Notes: generated by a model from the letters alone, not told the origin. A DNA stretch of 24,277 nt from a virus (IMGVR_UViG_3300033405_000179:1-24277); one strand, 5' to 3'; shown: positions 17,850 to 24,277, numbered from the stretch's first letter. Translations and numbers: made by a program.

Positions 17850-18980
17850 GTATGGGCCCGGCGGCGCGGCTCTGATGGCCGCAGCGAGCGCCGGGCTGGT
17901 GGGATCTGGGCGGCTCAATTATGAGCCCTGAATCCAAAGGACTTAGATCCGATCGGCATGGCTCAACAATGAGCCATGATGAAAGTAAAGATAGTTGCCG
18001 GTCGTTTCGTGCTGCCGCGCTCAGGCGACTCTGGCCACCGGCCTGCCAGGAAACTGCGTAATCTTGTCCTTCATTAATAAGAGCGATTGTGAACGGGATT
18101 TCCGGACACCTTGGCAGACCTATCTGCGAGATAGTCGAGATATAGGGGCCTGTTCCGGCCCCTCTCGCTGTGCGATTCACCCGACCCATCTTGAAGCTGG
18201 ACGAGTAGTAAAGTCATCGGCAGTAGAACTCAGTGGCTAGTAGCTACGCTCGCCGCTCGATCAGGTCACGGCCTCCTGCGCTTGAGGCGCTCCGGCCTGA
18301 AGCATATTACCGGGAAACAGCTCGCGGCGTGTTTCCGGATGGTCACTCTATGTAATGGAAGCTAGCTACTCGGCGCTGCTCAGCAAGGCGGGGGACTTGA
18401 GGGAAACGTATAGCTAGGCGTGACCATCCCCAAGGTAATAGAGTATGTAGAAACACACTCTTACCTCAGAGTAATCACACCATAGCTCAGAGGCAGGTCC
18501 ACCAGTGGGGTTTCCGTTGAGCTTGCCGTGGCTTCGCGCGCCTTGTCGTTTACGTAACAGGTCAGCCGGTAAATCATTAGTTCTGGCTGCATCTTCCACT
18601 CTATGACCCCGGCAGGGCGTTACCTCCATCTGGCTTCCAGCGGCTTTCGCCTGCCTGCCTTCATCCGGGGAAAACAATCACTGAATACAGACCTTGTGCG
18701 CGAAACGGGCTTTCTTCCTTCAGGGATCGCAATGAGACTAAATCGAACTAATAAGCTCTCACCGCGGCTTAGGTCGTCCCCAGCCTCACTGGAATCATCC
18801 AGCTTATCTGTGACCGTTAACTTCATCACCTAAACGGCAACCGTGTGTTTTCTTCGGTCTGAATCCGTACTGCTATTTTTAGGTTAGCCCTGAAGCTCTC
18901 GGCGTCAAAGCTATCCGATAAATCCATAATAGGGCGACGGGCCGGGTGCCTATGTTTGGCACTCCGGCCACATTGCCCTC
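17850..18980. ncRNA. Candidate large structured non-coding RNA region
   Basis: About 1.1 kb with no credible ORF. Many nested 6-10 bp helices form multibranch junctions. Begins with a hairpin directly at a promoter-like repeat. Strand and ends are uncertain. Confidence 0.55.
18064..18108 (-). promoter_or_regulatory. Putative phage-sigma (late) promoter, copy B
   Basis: TGTCCGGAAATCCCGTTCACAATCGCTCTTATTAATGAAGGACAA; 35/45 identical, ungapped, to 18973-19017. Confidence 0.6.
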
Positions 18981-19017
18981 TATGAATTAGAGCGTTTCAG
19001 AACGGCTTTTCCGGACA
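18973..19017 (-). promoter_or_regulatory. Putative phage-sigma (late) promoter, copy A, overlapping the 3' end of the sigma gene
   Basis: TGTCCGGAAAAGCCGTTCTGAAACGCTCTAATTCATAGAGGGCAA; 35/45 identical to 18064-18108. Confidence 0.6.
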
Positions 19018-19492
19018 TCTTTCTTCCGAGCCGTGACAGTTTCTTGCGGATGGCATCGCCGGTAACACCGTAGCGCTCTCCGATCTCGTCAAAGGTCAGC
19101 CCGGCCAACAGGTGCTCGCAGTATTCCCTGTCGCGGCCTTGGATGCCGTCCGGAAGTGATGGAATATCGGGATCGTCATCCGGCACGAACTCCAGGACGT
19201 TTCCAGCTTCATCGAGCGGCAAGGCACACTCCCGATGCTTGCGCCTCATGTCGATCATGGTGTGCGTGATGATCGTGTTGAGCCAGCTTTCAGGCTGATT
19301 GATCCGTGAAAGATCCGATTGCAGAACTTTGATTGCGATCTCCTGCATCAAGTCGTCAGCTTCCTGCCCGATGCCGAACACCCATGCGCGTGATTGGCAG
19401 AACCGGCGCAGCATCCTGAAAAAAGCAGTCTCATGTGTGGCCGGATCAGAACGATACGCGTCGAATACGGCAGCGACATTACCGACCGACAT
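18980..19492 (-). CDS. ECF-like sigma-70 family factor, probable late-gene activator
   Basis: Region 2 ADDLMQEIAIKV..WLNTIITHTMIDMRRK and region 4 HTH GLTFDEIGERYGVTGDAIRKKLSR. Start MSVGNV (19492) has a GAGGT Shine-Dalgarno. Confidence 0.85.
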   Translation of the reverse strand: MSVGNVAAVFDAYRSDPATHETAFFRMLRRFCQSRAWVFGIGQEADDLMQEIAIKVLQSDLSRINQPESWLNTIITHTMIDMRRKHRECALPLDEAGNVLEFVPDDDPDIPSLPDGIQGRDREYCEHLLAGLTFDEIGERYGVTGDAIRKKLSRLGRKMSGKAVLKRSNS

Positions 19493-19727
19493 AGACCACC
19501 TCGCGCTCGCGGAGCTGGCGCTCGAACTCATCGGGCTCCATCAGTGTGACCTTGTAATTGGGCTTCCAGGCATCGCGCACGGCGATGGCGTACTCGTTAC
19601 CTTCGGCGGCCGCTATCATCAGGCGGGCATCAGGTCGCAGGGAGAGTGGGGTGCGACGGCGCAGCTCTTGAACTTTGGGGGTGCGAACGTACTCGACATC
19701 AACAGCGGTGGGATTGATAGCAGGCAT
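19479..19727 (-). CDS. Hypothetical protein (82 aa)
   Basis: AAGG Shine-Dalgarno; co-oriented; 3' end overlaps the sigma start. Confidence 0.6.
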   Translation of the reverse strand: MPAINPTAVDVEYVRTPKVQELRRRTPLSLRPDARLMIAAAEGNEYAIAVRDAWKPNYKVTLMEPDEFERQLREREVVYVGR

Positions 19728-19853
19728 GGGTAGGAACCTTTCGGGGAAGTAAGTTGCCGAGTCGGGCTCGGGCGGGGTGGAATGTGGATAATTAAGGGGC
19801 AGGATTAGTTGGGCCGGAAATCCGGCCCAATGGAATTGAGCTGAGCTGAAAAC

Positions 19854-20120
19854 TCAGCCCAATGAATCGGACTGCTTTGCGTCGAGCATGGTTGCGTAAC
19901 GGGCCAGCTTGCGGTCGAACTCCGCTGCATCACGGATCAGCTGGGCCGATATACGCTCTAACTCGGACCGATACTTCGCAACGGCGACTGCATAGTGCAC
20001 GGTCATACGATCCAGAGCAGCGACGGTCTCACGATTCGCGGCGATAGCGGCACGAAGGTTATCCAGGTTAGCTGCGATTTGTGACTCGATGTCGGAGAGG
20101 TCTTGCAGGCGCGTGGTCAT
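19854..20120 (-). CDS. Hypothetical coiled-coil protein (88 aa)
   Basis: Starts 3 nt after the HNH-AP2 stop; GGAGG upstream; heptad-like pattern. Confidence 0.65.
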   Translation of the reverse strand: MTTRLQDLSDIESQIAANLDNLRAAIAANRETVAALDRMTVHYAVAVAKYRSELERISAQLIRDAAEFDRKLARYATMLDAKQSDSLG

Positions 20121-20123
20121 AGG

Positions 20124-20678
20124 CTAGGCTGCCTCCTGCGTGGACTGCGCGGCCTGCGTGGCCGCGTTGAGGCGCGCGAAGGCACCGTGAAGGATTGTTG
20201 CTGCTTGGTCGTAAGCTTCAGCAGCGGCTTCTGCTGTGGGGAATGTGCCGAGGTGAATCTGGTGGTTGTTGACGCCTATCTGCGCTTGAAAGGTGTCGAA
20301 CTTGGTGTGGACGACGCCGCGGAAGCCAGAGGTGTTGTTGGCGTGCAGCTTGCGGTTGGCTCCATTTTGCTGGCGCGTTGCGATCCGAAGGTTCCCGCGA
20401 GTGTTATTGAGGCTGTCGCCATCACGGTGGTCTGTATCGAGGCCGGCTGGAGTGTTGGTCAACCAGCGGTGAAGATAGACCTGCTTGCCATCGACGCGGC
20501 CCACGGTGTACCACTTTCCAGATGTCGGGTTGAACCAAGCCTGCCAGGTGTGCGCGGTCACGCGGAAAAGATCCTCTGCGCTAATCGTGGTTGTTTTGCC
20601 CTGGCTAAGCTGAATCGTTGCGGCGTCGTCGCGCCAATCGAAGTTGATAAGGTTGTTGTGCTTCCTTGCTCTTGACAT
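20124..20678 (-). CDS. HNH endonuclease with C-terminal AP2 DNA-binding domain
   Basis: YLHR..DHRDGDSLNNTRGNLR..N, then NTSGFRGV..AQI..HLGTFPTAEAAAEAYDQAA..HGAFARLN. Confidence 0.9.
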   Translation of the reverse strand: MSRARKHNNLINFDWRDDAATIQLSQGKTTTISAEDLFRVTAHTWQAWFNPTSGKWYTVGRVDGKQVYLHRWLTNTPAGLDTDHRDGDSLNNTRGNLRIATRQQNGANRKLHANNTSGFRGVVHTKFDTFQAQIGVNNHQIHLGTFPTAEAAAEAYDQAATILHGAFARLNAATQAAQSTQEAA

Positions 20679-21069
20679 GTGGAATCCTTGAGGATCTCCG
20701 GCAGAGGGTGCCGGATGACGGTAGGCTGCTCGAATGGCAGCTCTTGGTGGGTGTGTACTGTGTAATAACTAGAGCCAGAGGGCCTGAATGGAAAACTGCT
20801 GTACTTCGTGCCTCTACCCTTCTTTAGTATGAAGCCCACACCTCCGAAACCCCGGAAAACTCACCTAAGTTGTTGAAAACAACGTGTCACACCTCTTTTG
20901 CGACTGCACCACAAATGGTGCAAATGATTGAATGCGGGTATTGACAGATGAGTTAACACTGTTTCCTTGACGCACGGCTGGACCTGTGCGTATGGCAGGC
21001 TGGTGGTGCGGCTACATCTATCCTGCCACACGAAGCGCGAGTGCCAAAGCTATGCCCTTTCGGGCACAG

Positions 21070-21094
21070 AAAAAGCCCGGCACGAGGCCGGGCT
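21070..21094 (-). terminator. Rho-independent terminator ending the xis operon
   Basis: Minus strand AGCCCGGC-ctcgt-GCCGGGCT followed by TTTT, about 20 nt after the stop at 21117. Confidence 0.75.
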
Positions 21095-21116
21095 GAGTGC
21101 CGCAGGATGTCTTTGA

Positions 21117-21710
21117 CTAGATACTTACGGCTCGGGCGCCAAGCTCTGTCATTTGCAGGATGCGCCTGACCAGATCCAGCAGCTCGGCCTCGCGAGTGGC
21201 GGCGTCCACCCCACTGTACTGCTCGGTGATCGTGGAGACGATGGAATCCACCCGGTCCTGCTTGGCCGGTACCGAGGCGGCACGGCGCCGACCTTTGCCG
21301 GATGCAACCTGTACGGGCTGTGCAATAGGATCTTCGCAAAGCACGAAGGCCCCTGATGGATCATCGAGATCGAGGATGCGCGGGATAGCCCCTTCGCTGC
21401 ACCCCAGGGCAGCGGCGATGGCACGGAATATCGCCGGGGCCCAAGTTCCCTCGGCCTCGGGGTCGAATTTCGCACCGTAATGGATGAGCGCGGCACCGAG
21501 AAGAGGGCGTGAGCCGTAATAGAGCTCCGCGGTATCGACGAGATTCTTGCGCGCGTGTTTTACGTCCTTCGACGGTTTTATAGCTTCCCGTAGCTCGATA
21601 GCTTCCAGAGAGGCTTCCAGGGCGGAACGGTTGAATACTTCCGCGGCAGGTTCGGGAACCGTGGTGGTAGTCGGGGATGTCGGCGCGGGAAACATGATCA
21701 GGTTGCTCAT
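21117..21710 (-). CDS. Hypothetical protein (197 aa)
   Basis: ATGA overlap with the upstream gene; GGAGG Shine-Dalgarno; followed by a terminator. Confidence 0.7.
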   Translation of the reverse strand: MSNLIMFPAPTSPTTTTVPEPAAEVFNRSALEASLEAIELREAIKPSKDVKHARKNLVDTAELYYGSRPLLGAALIHYGAKFDPEAEGTWAPAIFRAIAAALGCSEGAIPRILDLDDPSGAFVLCEDPIAQPVQVASGKGRRRAASVPAKQDRVDSIVSTITEQYSGVDAATREAELLDLVRRILQMTELGARAVSI

Positions 21711-21979
21711 GCAGCCCTCCGCGTAACGGTGCTGAACTCGCGCCGGGTCAGGCGCGCATGGACGCGGCGCACCACACTCTCCGGCACGCGCAGCGTGATG
21801 TAGGAGCGCTTAAAGCGACGTTCCGGCTCGCCGATGATGACGACGCCCTGCTCGTTCTGGAAGATTTCGCGTGTCTTGTCTGCGGACAGACCCCAGGTTT
21901 CGGCGATCTGTTGAATGGAAAAATGCTGCTCAAATGCGATTCCGCTGGGAGCGGTTTCGCAGGATTTGCTGTCGTTCAC
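21707..21979 (-). CDS. Excisionase-like winged HTH protein
   Basis: HFSIQQIAETWGLSADKTREIF...LRVPESVV pattern; small basic-tailed protein next to the integrase. Confidence 0.65.
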   Translation of the reverse strand: MNDSKSCETAPSGIAFEQHFSIQQIAETWGLSADKTREIFQNEQGVVIIGEPERRFKRSYITLRVPESVVRRVHARLTRREFSTVTRRAA

Positions 21980-22134
21980 TTCTTACCCCTATTCAGTAGT
22001 CGTATGGATCATTCGTCTATCTCCATTCCCGCTGCTGTCCTCGGACAGTTCCAGCGACCGGATTTCATTCGGGGCATCCGGTGGGCCTAATCGCGTCTAT
22101 TATTCAGTTGCCGGCGCTTTTTGCCGGGTCTTTT

Positions 22135-22164
22135 AACTTAATCCGTATTAAGCAAAGCTGTCAA
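22135..22164 (-). promoter_or_regulatory. Sigma70-type promoter for the xis operon with an overlapping palindromic operator
   Basis: TTGACA (22164-22159), 18-nt spacer, TAAGTT (22140-22135); CTTAAT-N4-ATTAAG at 22137-22152. Confidence 0.55.
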
Positions 22165-22194
22165 GCCCCATGAGCACAAAAAGAGGCGGCGTGA

Positions 22195-23595
22195 TTATTT
22201 CCCTGCTGATTCCAGAGCACGCTTGACGCTCTCCACGTGTGCCTGATCCATGCTCTGCACCCAGGGAAGGTAGCTCCGTTCGGTCTGGAGCGTTGAGGCG
22301 TGGCCGAGCGCCCGCGAGACATTACGAAGGGGTACACCGCGGACGATCATCGAGACGGCGCATGTGTCGCGCAGCATGTATAAGTGCGGCTTGCGCTTCC
22401 TGCCGTGCTCTGTGGTCACCGATTCGATTCCGGCCTTCGTGAACACCACATTCATGCGGTCCTGCCACAAGTGGACGTTCGATTTCTCCTGTGAGAGCTT
22501 GTTACCACCCACGCTGACGCGGAACGGCATATCGGCACTGACGGAATCTGCCTCAAGTGGTACATCGCGCAGTAGCTCTAAGATGCGTTCCGGTAGCGGC
22601 ACAATGGCGAGGACTCCCGTCTTATGCCGCTGGTAGCGGAGTACACCGTTGCCGTCGATCTGTTCCGGCCTAAAGTGGATGGCGTCGATCGGTGCCATGC
22701 CCGACCAGCGCAACAGCTCCACGAATGCGCGGAGCCTAGTTCGCCAGTTTCTGCGCGTCAACTCGGGAAGGTTTTCGGGGTCGTATTCTTCGATGGCGTG
22801 CAGGATTGCCGCGTACTGTTCCTCGGTGAAGACCGCCGTGCGATTCCCCTTCGCGACGGGAAACTGCATAACGTGTGCTGTGGGATCTTCCTTCAGCCAT
22901 TTCCGGCGCAGGCAGAACTTGATGAACGTTCGCACCATATTCCACCGCTGCCGGCGAGTTAGATCGGAGCCGAAGGTCCAGCTATTTCTCCACTCCAGTA
23001 TCACCTCGTCGGTGAGCTGCTGCACGTTGACGATGCGCTTCGCCTCCGGCTGACGGTCGTTGTAATCCTTGACCCACCGGAAGAGGTGTCCAGGGAGCCG
23101 GGCGATCTTCTCTCCGGTTTCCTTGCCGTTCTTGTCTTTCTCGGCTTCGATGTGTCCGAGCAGCGATCGCCGCATCTTCACGGTGTTGTTATCGCCTAGC
23201 CGCGCCACCTGATCGCGGTCGAAAGCGTAGACGGCATCGACGAGCGAGACGCTTTCCACTGCTTGCTTCTCCGAGAGCCGATCCTCAAGCTCGGCGATGC
23301 GCTTCTTGTCCGGGTCCCATCCGTCGCGATACCGCTGCGCTAGCTTCTCGGCCTCCGACCACTTCCGGGTTTTCGCCGAGATGCGTCGATTCTTGCCGGC
23401 CCCATCTCCCTCGTAGATACGCAGCGATTTCGGACACCGGCACTTCCCTTTCGTCTTTTCGTGCTTCGCCGGATCGTACTGACAATCGGGCGCGTGCTGC
23501 CTGACGATGACCGTTACGCTGCACGTTCTTGCGCCAATAGAAATGGGGGCGCTATCCTCAGCGCCCCCATCATCAATCTGGTTCGTGTCTAGCAT
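22195..23595 (-). CDS. int: Tyrosine recombinase (phage integrase)
   Basis: C-terminal RHKTG, YMLRDT, LGH, TERSY motifs; core-binding region ..VRTFIKFCLRRKWLKEDP. Start MLDTNQ (23595) has an AAGGA Shine-Dalgarno; the upstream ATG at 23622 overlaps an extended -10-like TGaTAGCAT. Confidence 0.88.
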   Translation of the reverse strand: MLDTNQIDDGGAEDSAPISIGARTCSVTVIVRQHAPDCQYDPAKHEKTKGKCRCPKSLRIYEGDGAGKNRRISAKTRKWSEAEKLAQRYRDGWDPDKKRIAELEDRLSEKQAVESVSLVDAVYAFDRDQVARLGDNNTVKMRRSLLGHIEAEKDKNGKETGEKIARLPGHLFRWVKDYNDRQPEAKRIVNVQQLTDEVILEWRNSWTFGSDLTRRQRWNMVRTFIKFCLRRKWLKEDPTAHVMQFPVAKGNRTAVFTEEQYAAILHAIEEYDPENLPELTRRNWRTRLRAFVELLRWSGMAPIDAIHFRPEQIDGNGVLRYQRHKTGVLAIVPLPERILELLRDVPLEADSVSADMPFRVSVGGNKLSQEKSNVHLWQDRMNVVFTKAGIESVTTEHGRKRKPHLYMLRDTCAVSMIVRGVPLRNVSRALGHASTLQTERSYLPWVQSMDQAHVESVKRALESAGK

Positions 23596-23631
23596 GAGAT
23601 CCTTTCTGCTGCTGGACCCCATGCTATCACG

Positions 23632-23695
23632 TTAGGCCGTTTTTAGGCCATTTCGTTTTCCGCGCTTACAGTCGCTTTGGTTTCATTCGCTTACA
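23632..23695. repeat. Short direct repeats in the att-proximal region (candidate integrase arm or accessory sites)
   Basis: TTAGGCC at 23632-23638 and 23643-23649; CGCTTACA at 23663-23670 and 23688-23695. Confidence 0.45.
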
Positions 23696-23701
23696 CAATT
23701 C

Positions 23702-24277
23702 TCAGTAGTTCATGTCGAACTGCTCCTGGTGGAGCAGCGGATCGCTCTTGACCAGCACGGGATGGCGGAGCAGGTCTTCCATCTCCTGCAGCCATCTCGC
23801 GTTGTCGTTCTTGAGCTCCTTGGCCACCTCGGGATTGACCCGCAGGATGACCTCCTTGTTCTCGACGTGGCGGCGAACCTTGCGCATCTCGACATAGATC
23901 TCATTGCAGACCGTCTGCACCGATTTGACGAAGCCCGTGGCCTCGCAATATGGGCAGGGAGTTCCCAGCGTGCGCTCCAGCGACTGCTTGACGCGCTTGC
24001 GCGTGATCGCCACCAGTCCGAAGTCGTTAAATTGCAGAATCTTCGATGGCGCGCGATCGGATTTCATCGCCTCTTCGAGCGCCTGCATGACCTTTTGCCG
24101 GTTCTTGCGCTCGTCCATGTCGATGAAGTCGACGACGATGATGCCGCCGAGGTCGCGCAGGCGGATCTGCCGCACGATCTCCTTCACGGCGTCGATGTTG
24201 GTCTTGACGATGGTGTCCTCGAGCCGGGCCGTCTTGCCGACGTACTTGCCGGTGTTGATGTCGATGGCCACCAGCGC
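23702..24277 (-). CDS. Host Rne/Rng family ribonuclease (RNase G/E), C-terminal part; 5'-truncated by the window edge
   Basis: AIDINTG and RQIRLRDLGGIIVVDFIDM (catalytic Asp motifs); CPYC zinc link. The frame stays open to the window end. Confidence 0.95.
   Translation of the reverse strand, partial: ALVAIDINTGKYVGKTARLEDTIVKTNIDAVKEIVRQIRLRDLGGIIVVDFIDMDERKNRQKVMQALEEAMKSDRAPSKILQFNDFGLVAITRKRVKQSLERTLGTPCPYCEATGFVKSVQTVCNEIYVEMRKVRRHVENKEVILRVNPEVAKELKNDNARWLQEMEDLLRHPVLVKSDPLLHQEQFDMNY

Larger units (their letters stand above)
1..23700 (-). mobile_element. Integrated temperate siphovirus-like prophage (continues beyond the left edge; right boundary near the end of the host rne/rng gene)
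   Basis: Contiguous co-oriented integrase, xis-like, terminase, portal, capsid, head-tail, tail tube, tape measure and tail-tip genes. They abut a host housekeeping gene at 23702. The exact att core cannot be seen without the other junction. Confidence 0.95.

Noticed and set aside
17835-17875. Group II intron domain V-like GAGCC...GGTTC on the minus strand
   Set aside because: The interior does not pair, and there is no domain VI and no reverse transcriptase.
18020-18170. Group I intron-like 3' end (hairpin, GAGATAGTCG, hairpin, CTCG) on the + strand
   Set aside because: The upstream P7 partner lacks the bulged G-binding geometry, J8/7 is too short, no P3-P6 core was found, and no gene is interrupted.
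18735-18760. T-loop-like GTTCGATT (tRNA or tmRNA)
   Set aside because: No T-stem or cloverleaf around it.
17608-18833. ORFs 17608..18189, 17995..18240, 18414..18677, 18603..18833 and 18620..18829 in the structured region
   Set aside because: No convincing Shine-Dalgarno or protein motifs, they overlap one another, and one runs through promoter copy B. A small peptide cannot be fully excluded.
20558-20839. 93-aa ORF upstream of and overlapping HNH-AP2
   Set aside because: It starts inside the promoter-like element, overlaps a real gene by about 120 nt, and has no motifs.
20941-20970. TTGACA on the + strand as a promoter
   Set aside because: No acceptable -10 element at 16-18 nt and no plus-strand gene downstream.
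27-23897. Numerous plus-strand ORFs and alternate-frame minus-strand ORFs in the track (for example 5609..6379, 5692..6417, 14410..15102, 20103..20675)
   Set aside because: They are shadows of well-supported minus-strand genes in GC-rich DNA, with no recognisable motifs.
1-24277. CRISPR array, diversity-generating retroelement, retron or IS element
   Set aside because: No regularly spaced repeats, reverse transcriptase or transposase were seen.

Overview
Nearly the whole window (1 to about 23700) is a temperate siphovirus-type prophage with every gene on the minus strand. It sits directly downstream of the 3' end of a host RNase E/G (Rne/Rng) gene (23702-24277, partial). In transcription order it encodes: tyrosine integrase, excisionase-like HTH protein, a hypothetical protein, an HNH-AP2 endonuclease, two small hypotheticals, an ECF-like sigma factor, a ~1.1 kb densely hairpinned non-coding region, a hypothetical protein, an HNH/P-loop fusion, small terminase, HK97-fold major capsid, large terminase, portal, ClpP-type protease, head-tail proteins, a family-2 glycosyltransferase, tail tube, frameshifted tail chaperones, tape measure, and a GTA-like tail tip (DUF2460, DUF2163, NlpC/P60, then a large tip protein that runs off the left edge and is missing from the ORF track). 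The most striking observations are four. (1) A candidate giant structured ncRNA between the sigma gene and the packaging genes. (2) A 45-bp repeat (35/45 identical) bracketing that region, with a third diverged copy upstream of the sigma operon, which looks like the cognate promoter of the phage sigma factor. (3) A glycosyltransferase embedded in the virion operon next to the tail tube gene. (4) A rearranged head module with the capsid gene between terS and terL. All family assignments come from reading motifs by eye; no searches were run.
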